Shown: positions 23,079 through 31,741, counted from the first letter of the stretch. The stretch: 61,625 nt of DNA from Klebsiella pneumoniae (GCA_945860125.1 CAMAPQ010000003.1:1-61625), one strand, 5' to 3'. Numbers and translations are program-made. The notes: a model not told the origin generated them from the letters alone.

Positions 23079-25037
23079 TTACTCGCTAATGGTTGGCGCT
23101 GTTTTATCACCTCTTAGTGACAATAGAATAAAAGTATTAATGCCCACCATGCCATCCGGCTCTAACCCCACTGAAGCTTGGAACGCTTTCACACGCTCAA
23201 CAAGAGGCTGGTCATAAGTAGCTACTTCACTCTCAATAGCTTGATTGGGCCCTAAGTTAGCGCCATGGTTAGCCTGCCCACCATCCCATTGGGCTAATTG
23301 CGCTTCTAGCCAAACAACCATTTTTCCTTTTGCACCAGGTGACAAAGTCCCTTTAAAGTCAGCGGGCATTTTCCATAATAGGAGATAATCCCGCGTCCAG
23401 TAACGCTGCAACTCTCTGATAGGCACCAAGTATTCCTGACCTTCAATTATCAACCGCACATGAGTATGGCTCAACCCATTTAATAACGCATAACGCGTTC
23501 TCGATCCAAAACTTGTTTTATCTACATTTACGAGTTTCATCACGATAGGCATGTTAAAAATCGCTAAAATATTCAGATCGCCTTGACGCGACAAACAAGT
23601 TAAGCCGGCTGTTTGTGCAGATAAACAACGCATTTGCCAAGCTTCAGACTCAGCAAAATAGCCAAAATCAGCTCTACTTTGACTTAACGAGGAAGCGTCA
23701 GACAAAAGTAAGTTTCCTTCTTCTAAAGCGTGCGTATTAATGGCAGGGCTTCCCCACTGCATAAACAAGCTTTGCCATGCTGCTTCAGAACTAGATGATT
23801 CTGAAATATTTGTACTTTCAAAAATCTTATAAAAATTATGACTGAATTTTTTTTCTTTAGAGGGCGCCGTTTCTTCAATAGCGGAACTATTAATGGCAGA
23901 ATTAATGACAGGATTAATGGCTGGCTTCTCTAAAATGGGCAATGTCGATTGAATAATTTCACTGGGCAATGGCTGACTTAACGCATTATTTTCCTTACCA
24001 GATAAATCAGCAGGCAGCGGCGATGAAATGACAGCAATAGGCTTTTTTACCTCCTGCAAAGCAGTTTTCTCTTTAATAATTTGGGGCGAATAAAGCTGCC
24101 ATTTTGTTTTTAATTTTTCTTTGATTGGCTCATAAATTTTCATGCCTGAATAAATAATGACAGCTAAAAAGAGCAATCCTAATAAGCTCGTCGTTATTTT
24201 AATCAGTATTTTTACGGTATTCGTTCGTTTAATACCGAGCAGTTCTTGAGCTGCTTTTTTTACAATTTTACCGTCAATTATCCACTCATTACCAGCATAA
24301 GCACCCAGTAACGCTCTATCGCACAAACTATTGATAATTCTAGGCACACCTTTGGAGTAAAAGAAAATTTTCTTTATTGCACTATCAGAAAAAATACCAC
24401 TTCGCCCTCCCGCAACAATTAAACGATGGCGAATATATTCCGCTACATCTTTTTCAGTTAAAGAGACCAGGTGATAACGCGCTGTCACGCGCTGCGCAAG
24501 CTGCCTTAAGTTTCGCTTCTCAAAACGTTCGCGTAATTCTGTTTGGCCAATTAATACAATTTGCAAAAGCTTTCGATCATTCGTTTCAAGATTCGTTAGC
24601 AAACGCAATTGTTCTAAAACACTATCAGAAAGGTTTTGCGCCTCATCCACAATAAGTAAGGTACGCATACCTTGGGCGTGATTTTCTAATAAACGCTTAT
24701 TAATGAGATCAACATATATTTTGGCTGAAGTCTCGCTTTTGGGATGCGTAATTTTTAACTCGTCACAAATAGAAGCAAGCATTTCAATAGCATTCATTCG
24801 AGGATTTAATACAAGGCAAACTTCGGTTTTTTCAGGTACCTGATCTAGAAAGCAACGACATAAAGTTGTTTTCCCAGTACCGACTTCACCCGTAATAACG
24901 ATAAAACCATTATCACTTTGCACGCCAAAAAAAAGATGCGCCAAAGCTTCGTGATGTTGATGGCTCATATATAAATAAGCAGGATTAGGCGCGATGGTAA
25001 AAGGCTTTGCTTTAAAACCAAAATAAGTTTCGTACAT
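23079..25037 (-). CDS. exeA: ExeA/GspA AAA ATPase with C-terminal peptidoglycan-binding domain
   Basis: MYETYFG..PFTIAPNP, TGEVGTGKTT, IVDEAQ, LRLLTNLET, TM, VKAFQASVGLEPDGMVG. Confidence 0.92.
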   Translation of the reverse strand: MYETYFGFKAKPFTIAPNPAYLYMSHQHHEALAHLFFGVQSDNGFIVITGEVGTGKTTLCRCFLDQVPEKTEVCLVLNPRMNAIEMLASICDELKITHPKSETSAKIYVDLINKRLLENHAQGMRTLLIVDEAQNLSDSVLEQLRLLTNLETNDRKLLQIVLIGQTELRERFEKRNLRQLAQRVTARYHLVSLTEKDVAEYIRHRLIVAGGRSGIFSDSAIKKIFFYSKGVPRIINSLCDRALLGAYAGNEWIIDGKIVKKAAQELLGIKRTNTVKILIKITTSLLGLLFLAVIIYSGMKIYEPIKEKLKTKWQLYSPQIIKEKTALQEVKKPIAVISSPLPADLSGKENNALSQPLPSEIIQSTLPILEKPAINPVINSAINSSAIEETAPSKEKKFSHNFYKIFESTNISESSSSEAAWQSLFMQWGSPAINTHALEEGNLLLSDASSLSQSRADFGYFAESEAWQMRCLSAQTAGLTCLSRQGDLNILAIFNMPIVMKLVNVDKTSFGSRTRYALLNGLSHTHVRLIIEGQEYLVPIRELQRYWTRDYLLLWKMPADFKGTLSPGAKGKMVVWLEAQLAQWDGGQANHGANLGPNQAIESEVATYDQPLVERVKAFQASVGLEPDGMVGINTFILLSLRGDKTAPTISE

Positions 25038-25168
25038 TATTCATCTCTCGTATGGGCATTCAAGGTGATGAGTATTCTAATACTAATTTCATTTTCATGT
25101 TAATTGTGCTGCGCACCGTTACACGAGAAGGAGAGAGGCAGCCCAAGAGGGGAATTTTATTTTTGATG

Positions 25169-25296
25169 TATACCCTTCGTACTTGAAACCACGGCATTGT
25201 TGGCTTCCGCTCACTCACCCCAATCACATAGTTTATCTATGCTCATGGGGTTCACGCTCTTGCCGCCTCACCGTGATTCCAATTACTTTGGGTATA
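25169..25296 (-). repeat. ERIC-like repeat, copy 3 (overlaps the 3' end of the adjacent CDS)
   Basis: reverse-complement copy of the 127-bp element. Confidence 0.9.
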
Positions 25297-25846
25297 TACG
25301 TACTTCTACGGGTAGTTTTGCAATTCTTTCACAAAGGCGAGCATCTCGCAAAAAAGGCCACCAATCATATAAAAAAATTTGAAGGGGTCGCCAAAACGCA
25401 ACCCACCCAATAATGAGCAATCCTTCACGTAACACATCTGCCCCACCGCCCAACACAGGCAGTAATTTAATTAACGCAACACAAAAAGTAAGAAATACTA
25501 AACCAATAACTAAGCTTATCTTGCCATCTCGCAAAATATTTCTTAAGTGTTGGCGATGGACAAGCGCACGATACGTAAAAAAATAATTAATTGTTTGTTG
25601 AATCATCGCTTCAGTATTGTTTTCAATATCAGAAGGCAAATAAATAACAAGTTTTATTTCTTCAAGAAAATATAATTCTCGCATTGAATCCATTAACCAT
25701 TCAACAGCTTCATCATCGAGATCACGACTATGAAAAGGGGAAGGATCAAGCGAATTAAAAAATTGATTTATATTTGAAAGTTTGAGCTCGATCAGTCTCA
25801 ACTTACCTTCACGTCGGTAAGCATGAGCAGGTGAAAGTTTATGCAT
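25283..25846 (-). CDS. hypothetical membrane protein (2 TM segments)
   Basis: 187-aa ORF, FNSLDPSPF..RDLD, two hydrophobic segments, GWVAFWRP..IFLYDWWP. Confidence 0.75.
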   Translation of the reverse strand: MHKLSPAHAYRREGKLRLIELKLSNINQFFNSLDPSPFHSRDLDDEAVEWLMDSMRELYFLEEIKLVIYLPSDIENNTEAMIQQTINYFFTYRALVHRQHLRNILRDGKISLVIGLVFLTFCVALIKLLPVLGGGADVLREGLLIIGWVAFWRPLQIFLYDWWPFLRDARLCERIAKLPVEVRIYPK

Positions 25847-25906
25847 TAGTTAAAACCGCCATATAAAGCAGAACAATTAAATTCATTTAATTATAGATTA
25901 ATTATA

Positions 25907-26129
25907 TTGACCAAATAAAATAATGGGGGTAGCCTCTGAATCAAGCCATTTTTGTGGTTATTCTCGCCAGCAACACTGCTGCAAAAACCGGCGCTCTTAT
26001 AGTAACCCATAACGTTATAGTAAGCGCGCATAGCGTTACTTGTTCATTTCTTCTTTTAGCCTGAAGTCACCCAATTAAAATAAGTTTCCGCCTTTTTAGT
26101 CTCTCAAGTTTTTTATTCTTTTTACAAGG
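25907..26129 (+). promoter_or_regulatory. sigma70-like promoter plus ~200-nt leader, copy 1
   Basis: TTGACC-17 bp-TAGCCT, then a sequence near-identical to 28792-29015. Confidence 0.75.
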
Positions 26130-26139
26130 CGTTAGGGAA

Positions 26140-26214
26140 ATGAGCAAATTGCATTCAGTAAAATTATTTTTCATAGGTTTGATAACTAATCAGTGTCTAC
26201 TAGAAGGATCATGA
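26140..26214 (+). pseudogene. 24-codon relic of the PEP-CTERM gene (5' end joined to 3' end)
   Basis: MSKLHSVKLFFIGLIT resembles MMNRLHLVKLILIGLT of 29023; ends LLEGS* versus LLSEGFA*. Confidence 0.6.
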
Positions 26215-26217
26215 GCC

Positions 26218-26721
26218 ATGAGAAAACTATACTTACTCAACTTTAAAAAACTTTTAATTACGATAGGATCAATTTTAATAATATGCCTACCGCCAATCAT
26301 TTTACCAGCTTATTCAGCAGAGACTGCACCCACTCTTAAATCGCTAAATGAACGGATTGGCCGTCAATATGGTCGAATGGACACTCTTCACTACAGGTTA
26401 GAATTAGTCTTCAGAGAAGGTTTAGGATCTTATATAGGACTAGATACTGGATGGCAAGGAATTGATGATAATCAGTGGAAAGATATCTACCTATTGGAAA
26501 GCGATAGGCCGGGCTGCTCAGAGGTGCGGTGCGATATTTTTCTTCAAATGAAAAAAGCTGATGATCAAACAATCATCGGTGGGCCTATTAAGGTAAATGA
26601 CTGCGAAGTTAATTGGATTCTTGACGGCTCGAAAATTAAGCTGGATTTCTTAGCTTATGATCTGTGCTTATCTACTTTTAGCAGTTACAGAATCATCGTT
26701 AAAATCAATCATAATGGGTAG
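26218..26721 (+). CDS. secreted protein, paralogue family P1
   Basis: signal peptide AYSA, coiled coil, GLDTGW, 4 Cys, GGPI, NW, YRIIV. Confidence 0.85.
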   Translation: MRKLYLLNFKKLLITIGSILIICLPPIILPAYSAETAPTLKSLNERIGRQYGRMDTLHYRLELVFREGLGSYIGLDTGWQGIDDNQWKDIYLLESDRPGCSEVRCDIFLQMKKADDQTIIGGPIKVNDCEVNWILDGSKIKLDFLAYDLCLSTFSSYRIIVKINHNG

Positions 26722-26807
26722 TGGGCTCTGATAAAGATTTTATTAGGTTTAATGTATGGGTAATTTTAAGTTAAGTTCAATTATTTTTTTCCAAAAGGAT
26801 TTAAATC

Positions 26808-27326
26808 ATGAGTCATCACTCTTTATTGAAAAAATGCAACATTTTCATCATTCATGCGCTCACTTTATTTAGCCTTTTACTGACATTTTCACAGGCTCAT
26901 GCAGCCACCCGCCCCTCTCTTCAGAGCCTGACAAATGAATTAGAAATGCAGGAAAAAATGATGATCGGCTTTCAAGCTGAGCTTGAAAGAATTAGCGACA
27001 GATATATGGGTTCATATATCGCCTTAGATACTGGATGGCAAGAGAAAAACAACACTAATTTATTTGAAATCAATCATGGACAAGCTTCAGTTGGATGCGA
27101 TCAGCTGCGGTGCGGTGTTCACTTACAACTTAAAAAAGTGAATGAATCACTGGTAATCGGTGGCCCTATTCACTTTAACTACGCCATAGATAGTTGCCAG
27201 GCAAATTGGGCATTAGGGAGCGATAGCAGACACATCCAATTTATTGGTCCTTCCGATAGTTGCGCTTCAAATCTCAGTGAGTATCGAATTATTGTTGAAG
27301 TTTTTACTACGACACCGATAAACTGA
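26808..27326 (+). CDS. secreted protein, paralogue family P2
   Basis: AHAATRPSL, ALDTGW, CGVHLQLKK, GGPI, CQANW, YRIIVE. Confidence 0.85.
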   Translation: MSHHSLLKKCNIFIIHALTLFSLLLTFSQAHAATRPSLQSLTNELEMQEKMMIGFQAELERISDRYMGSYIALDTGWQEKNNTNLFEINHGQASVGCDQLRCGVHLQLKKVNESLVIGGPIHFNYAIDSCQANWALGSDSRHIQFIGPSDSCASNLSEYRIIVEVFTTTPIN

Positions 27327-27354
27327 GATCTGAACAAAATATAAATACTACCTT

Positions 27355-27481
27355 TATACCCAAAGTACTTGGAATCACGGTGAGGCGGCAAACAAGTGAA
27401 CCCCATGAGCATAGATAAACTATGTGATTGGGGTGAATGAGAGCTGCCAACAATGCCGTGCTTTCAAGTACGAAGGGTATA
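27355..27481 (+). repeat. ERIC-like repeat, copy 4
   Basis: full 127-bp copy TATACCC...GGGTATA. Confidence 0.92.
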
Positions 27482-27536
27482 GATCGTCAGTATTGATTCG
27501 TGAATAAATCAACTTTCACTTGGAGTGTTGCATGCC

Positions 27537-28058
27537 ATGAATATTTCTATTTTTTTTCAGGTTAAAAAATTTTCAGCCGCGATAATTTTAACTTTAACAG
27601 TATGTTTATTAGTAATTTTTTCACGTGCTTATGCTGCAGAAACAAGGCCTTCTTTGAGTGGGTTGCAGAATAGAATTAATGCTCTTGAGCTTCGAGTAAA
27701 CGATTTATTTATTGACCCCAACCAAAGACTGTATGGATTATATACTGGGTGGGCATATATTTTTGACACAACATGGAAAGAAATTAATTTCAGTCAATCT
27801 TCTACTAAAAGCTGCGTGAATACACCAGATAAAACTGCGCTTTGTATTGTTCACTTACAGCTACGAAAAGCAGATGGATCAATGGTTGGTGCACCTATAA
27901 CCTCGGGGAAAGAATGCTCAGCTAATTGGACAATAGATAACGAAGGGAAAAAAATTATGCTTAACGATACAGGTTGTTTGTTCTCATTAGGGTTTACGCA
28001 TTTTCGAATGATCGTTGAAATATTGCCGCCACCTAAACTGCCGGAAAAGTTAGATTGA
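27537..28058 (+). CDS. secreted protein, paralogue family P3
   Basis: AYAAETRPSLSGLQ, GLYTGW, CIVHLQLRK, CSANW, FRMIVE. Confidence 0.85.
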   Translation: MNISIFFQVKKFSAAIILTLTVCLLVIFSRAYAAETRPSLSGLQNRINALELRVNDLFIDPNQRLYGLYTGWAYIFDTTWKEINFSQSSTKSCVNTPDKTALCIVHLQLRKADGSMVGAPITSGKECSANWTIDNEGKKIMLNDTGCLFSLGFTHFRMIVEILPPPKLPEKLD

Positions 28059-28117
28059 TTTTACAAGTTAAATATCGGGTTATATTTAATATGGTTTTAA
28101 TTAAAAGGATGTGAATC

Positions 28118-28651
28118 ATGAATAGCCTATTCTATGTTAGATCAAAAAAAGCATCTATTTTTTATTCAATAACTTTTATTGTGTTATTTCTACCTTTACT
28201 CGCGAGAGCCGAAATAACTCAGCCTACCATAAAAAGCCTGCAGGAGAAGCTTGATAATTTAGAATTATTCTTTACTACTTTTCTTGAGAAACAGTATAAA
28301 ATTATCTTTGGGTTAGACACACAGTGGCAAGGCGTTAGTTACCCTTATTGGCATAATATTGATTTCAGTCAAACTAATATTTCTAACTGCTCAGACCTGA
28401 CCGATTTAAATAATTTTGTTGTACCCACACCCTGCATTGTTCACTTCCAGCTACAGAAAAAAGATAATAAAGATGACTCAGTTATCAGCGGCCCGATCAA
28501 AATAGGAGAATGCTCACCCAATTGGATGATCGATTCTACAGGCACTAAAATTATACCAACTTATTCAAATTTTGACGCTTGCTCAGCTATTTTTAGTCAC
28601 TACAGACTAGTTGTTGAAATTTTGCGGCCACAGGCTAATGCCGGATTATAG
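28118..28651 (+). CDS. secreted protein, paralogue family P4
   Basis: ARAE..PTIKSLQ, GLDTQW, CIVHFQLQK, SGPI, CSPNW, YRLVVE. Confidence 0.85.
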   Translation: MNSLFYVRSKKASIFYSITFIVLFLPLLARAEITQPTIKSLQEKLDNLELFFTTFLEKQYKIIFGLDTQWQGVSYPYWHNIDFSQTNISNCSDLTDLNNFVVPTPCIVHFQLQKKDNKDDSVISGPIKIGECSPNWMIDSTGTKIIPTYSNFDACSAIFSHYRLVVEILRPQANAGL

Positions 28652-28676
28652 CGCGCATCTTATTTTCTAAAATTTT

Positions 28677-28715
28677 CAAGCCTCATTTTAATTATCAATG
28701 GGGCTTGTTAAGTTT
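28677..28715 (+). terminator. probable terminator after P4
   Basis: CAAGCCTCATT/AATGGGGCTTG hairpin followed by T-rich sequence. Confidence 0.6.
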
Positions 28716-28791
28716 ATGGCTTTTATTTTTCAACTTTTATACCGTAAAAAATTTTCACGATTTTCGAAAAAAAATAATCCTTAAAAAAATA

Positions 28792-29015
28792 TTGACTAAA
28801 TAAAACAACAGGAATAGCCTAACAATCAAGCCATTTTTGTGGTTATTCTTGCCAGCAACACTGCTGCAAAAACCGGCGCTCTTATAGTAACCCATAACGT
28901 TATAGTAAGCGCGCATAGCGTTACTTTTTCATTTCTTCTTTTAACCTGAAGTCACCCAATTAAAATAAGTTTCCGCCTTTTTAATTTCTTAAGTTTTTTT
29001 ATTCTTTTTACAAGG
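28792..29015 (+). promoter_or_regulatory. sigma70-like promoter plus ~200-nt leader, copy 2
   Basis: TTGACT-17 bp-TAGCCT; leader near-identical to copy 1; runs into AAGGAG RBS of 29023. Confidence 0.75.
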
Positions 29016-29022
29016 AGCTAGA

Positions 29023-29844
29023 ATGATGAACAGATTGCATTTAGTGAAATTAATTTTAATAGGCTTAACGACAATATTAATGTGTCATAAAACATTCGCC
29101 ATCCCCATAAGTTTTGATAATGAAGCCAACTATCTTTGGGCTGCCAACGCACTCGTAAGCGACCCAAGGCCTCCCAAAAAATACCTACTTAATACCGCCA
29201 ATTTAGACAGAGGTGGTCAGGGATTGCCATTCCAATCGAGTCTCACACTTAGCTCTGGTCATCAAACGATTAGAACCCGTGGTTTTAACACAACTTCAGG
29301 AGATTATTATTTTGGTGCAAATGACCCTGATAATTACAATCAATTTTCTGATGGTGATGTTTTATCGTATAGCTATTCCAACCCAAGAAACCCTTGGGCA
29401 TCTAAAATGTTTGGTGTAGGGATGCATTTTATTTCTAGTGATCTTTTGGAAAAAGATGATATTTCAATCACTATTCCAAGCCTAAACAATCTCATTATTG
29501 GTAATACGATTAATCATCGTATTTTAGCAGATGGTGGTTTTGCATATTATACTGGGCTACTTATTGATGATAATCTTTTTAATTTTAATCCCAATGGATA
29601 TTTTTTCAATCAATTTTCTATTAGTTTTAAAGATGACAAGGCAATTAATTTTTTCTACAACATCGATGATATTTCGCTTATAAGAGCCGTGCCAGAACCC
29701 AGTATTCTCGCGTTATATTCTATTTCATTATTGATGGCAGGCTTGTTTCATTGGCGATCAAAACGAACGATAGCGCAAAAATTTTTACAAATTTTTAGTT
29801 TTAAAGTGCGCAAAAACCAACTTTTATCGGAAGGATTCGCCTAA
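29023..29844 (+). CDS. PEP-CTERM sorting domain protein
   Basis: signal peptide (TFA-IPI), NIDDIS then VPEPSILALYSISLLMAGLFHWRSKR. Confidence 0.88.
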   Translation: MMNRLHLVKLILIGLTTILMCHKTFAIPISFDNEANYLWAANALVSDPRPPKKYLLNTANLDRGGQGLPFQSSLTLSSGHQTIRTRGFNTTSGDYYFGANDPDNYNQFSDGDVLSYSYSNPRNPWASKMFGVGMHFISSDLLEKDDISITIPSLNNLIIGNTINHRILADGGFAYYTGLLIDDNLFNFNPNGYFFNQFSISFKDDKAINFFYNIDDISLIRAVPEPSILALYSISLLMAGLFHWRSKRTIAQKFLQIFSFKVRKNQLLSEGFA

Positions 29845-30329
29845 TGAAAAACTCAATATCATTTAGTTTCAGAAAATTTTTGCATGGAATAATTTTTATT
29901 TTCTTAACAAGCTTACTGCCTATTTTTTCGCAAACTTATGCAGCTGAGCCGAGACCTTCATTAAGCGGGTTGCAGAGCCAGCTTAATGCTCTTCAAGAAG
30001 AGGTTAGACTTAATAAAAGAGTGATCGGCTTAGATACAGGATGGAAGTATTATGGGGGCGAGTGGGAAGATATTTCCTTTGCACAAGGTTACGGTGCTAG
30101 TTGCTCACCAGTATACGGATATTCACGCTGTATTGTTCATCTTCAATTTGAGGGATTTTCTGGAGTTGTTGGAGGAGAAATACTGGGCGTGGACGGCGGG
30201 GGAAATATTTGTGCGCCCAATTGGATAATGAATTACAACGGAACACGCATCGTTATCGATAGCTCATGCAAAGCATATATCAATCGCTTTAGGATTATTG
30301 TAGAACTTTTACCGCTAGACCAGATTTAG
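29844..30329 (+). CDS. secreted protein, paralogue family P5
   Basis: TYAAEPRPSLSGLQ, GLDTGW, CIVHLQF, CAPNW, FRIIVE; TAATG coupling to the PEP-CTERM gene. Confidence 0.85.
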   Translation: MKNSISFSFRKFLHGIIFIFLTSLLPIFSQTYAAEPRPSLSGLQSQLNALQEEVRLNKRVIGLDTGWKYYGGEWEDISFAQGYGASCSPVYGYSRCIVHLQFEGFSGVVGGEILGVDGGGNICAPNWIMNYNGTRIVIDSSCKAYINRFRIIVELLPLDQI

Positions 30330-30390
30330 ATTTTTGATAGTAAATTTTCATGATTATGCTACGCAAACTTTAGAATCATTTGACACATAT

Positions 30391-30427
30391 AAAAGATGCC
30401 TCCTAGATTAACAGCGAGGCATCTTTT
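30391..30427. terminator. bidirectional terminator
   Basis: AAAAGATGCCTC...GAGGCATCTTTT between convergent genes. Confidence 0.75.
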
Positions 30428-30489
30428 ACAGACGGAATACTCGCGAAAAGTAAAATCCGACAAGCTAAAGACAAGCGGAAAATTAAAAA

Positions 30490-31287
30490 TCAACTCTTAT
30501 GCTCCATGAGATATTTATCGATAATTCTTGATGTTTCATACTTATAATCAATTTGAGAGGAAGGCCACCCCTTCCAAAACTGACTACTCTGAATAATTTC
30601 CCAACGCGTTTGAATATCTTTAATCGAACAATCCTCTCTGTAAATACCAATAACATCCAAAATCAGTCCGAATCTGGAATCACCATTCGCTTTTATATAG
30701 AGACTATTAAGAAAGGTAGGATCTGAAAAACATTCGATAACAAAAGAAGTTAATTTATCCATACGACACCATCTTGCAAACATAGCTATTATTCCAGGTG
30801 GCGTATAATTTACGTTATATTCAAGTGCTAACCTGAAGGCTCGATTGTCCCGAGCCAACAGCATAAATTCAAATCCTCTTCGATCATTTTTATCATCCAA
30901 ACGATCTACTTTTCGCCCTACAATATCGAATAGTTGGAGAATATCATTATGCACAGGATGATTATTTTTTCCCCAGCGTTTACTTTTTTCAATATAACTT
31001 GCCCATTTTTTTAGGAAAGGCTCGGCATTAACTTTATTGAGGGCAGTAGAAAATATTTCAAAAGGATGACGACTTGTACTGGATGCCAAATCGGTATTCG
31101 ACTTATTTGTGACTTCATATATTGGACCCATAAGTATGTTGAGCTCATTTTGAGATTCAACCATTTTTGGATTAAAAATAGATAATATAAACCATACCGT
31201 TTTTCTAAAAAATTCAAGCGATTGTTTTGGATAAGCATAGATAAGTATCGCACCGACAATAATCACAATCCAAATCATAATGATCAT
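30490..31287 (-). CDS. hypothetical protein with N-terminal membrane anchor
   Basis: 265-aa ORF, GGAG upstream, hydrophobic N-terminus; no family recognised. Confidence 0.7.
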   Translation of the reverse strand: MIIMIWIVIIVGAILIYAYPKQSLEFFRKTVWFILSIFNPKMVESQNELNILMGPIYEVTNKSNTDLASSTSRHPFEIFSTALNKVNAEPFLKKWASYIEKSKRWGKNNHPVHNDILQLFDIVGRKVDRLDDKNDRRGFEFMLLARDNRAFRLALEYNVNYTPPGIIAMFARWCRMDKLTSFVIECFSDPTFLNSLYIKANGDSRFGLILDVIGIYREDCSIKDIQTRWEIIQSSQFWKGWPSSQIDYKYETSRIIDKYLMEHKS

Positions 31288-31372
31288 TTCTCCACTTTAA
31301 TTCAAAATAGGTTCATAGCTAGGCGCGGAGGTATGTCAATTAAAATAAATCCTGTATCGCTTAAGATACACC

Positions 31373-31460
31373 TCTTTTAAATTGTAATCCTAATGCATTT
31401 TTCTATTAATTTTAAAGATGACAATCCAATTAATTTTTTCTACAACATCAAGGACATCTT
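31373..31460 (+). pseudogene. degenerate fragment of the PEP-CTERM gene
   Basis: ttctattaattttaaagatgacaatccaattaattttttctacaacatc matches about 29616-29664 with few mismatches. Confidence 0.7.
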
Positions 31461-31594
31461 GATCATAAATTACCTTAAAATATTTTTTTCAGTTTTTACT
31501 CATTTTTAGGCAACAAATCGACGTGTAAAGCATGCCTTCATAAATAATTTTCCTTTTAATATGAGCGAATCACAGGTTCTGTATGCAGTATGTC

Positions 31595-31639
31595 GTGGTC
31601 TAATGAAGTGTGCGGTGGTCTAATGAAGTGTGCGGTGGT
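31595..31639. repeat. 20-bp tandem duplication GTGGTCTAATGAAGTGTGCG x2.25
   Basis: read directly. Confidence 0.85.
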
Positions 31640-31741
31640 AACGCATAGCATCACAAAACAAATCACAGAATGCAACTAAAACATAATGCTAATTTAAAGC
31701 ACCTAATGTTTTATTTATTTTGGCGGCGTAAATATTAATAA

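Noticed and set aside
25936-26129. Known riboswitch (c-di-GMP etc.) or ops/JUMPstart in the duplicated leader
   Set aside because: Diagnostic motifs not found by eye; kept only as an unknown leader
26218-30329. Paralogue array as integron cassettes
   Set aside because: No attC-like RYYYAAC/GTTRRRY palindromes between genes and no integrase; the genes are paralogues of each other
29574-31460. PEP-CTERM segment and its copy as a DGR variable/template repeat pair
   Set aside because: Mismatches are not restricted to adenines, there is an indel, and no reverse transcriptase is present
31595-31639. CRISPR array
   Set aside because: Repeats are contiguous with no spacers; no cas genes
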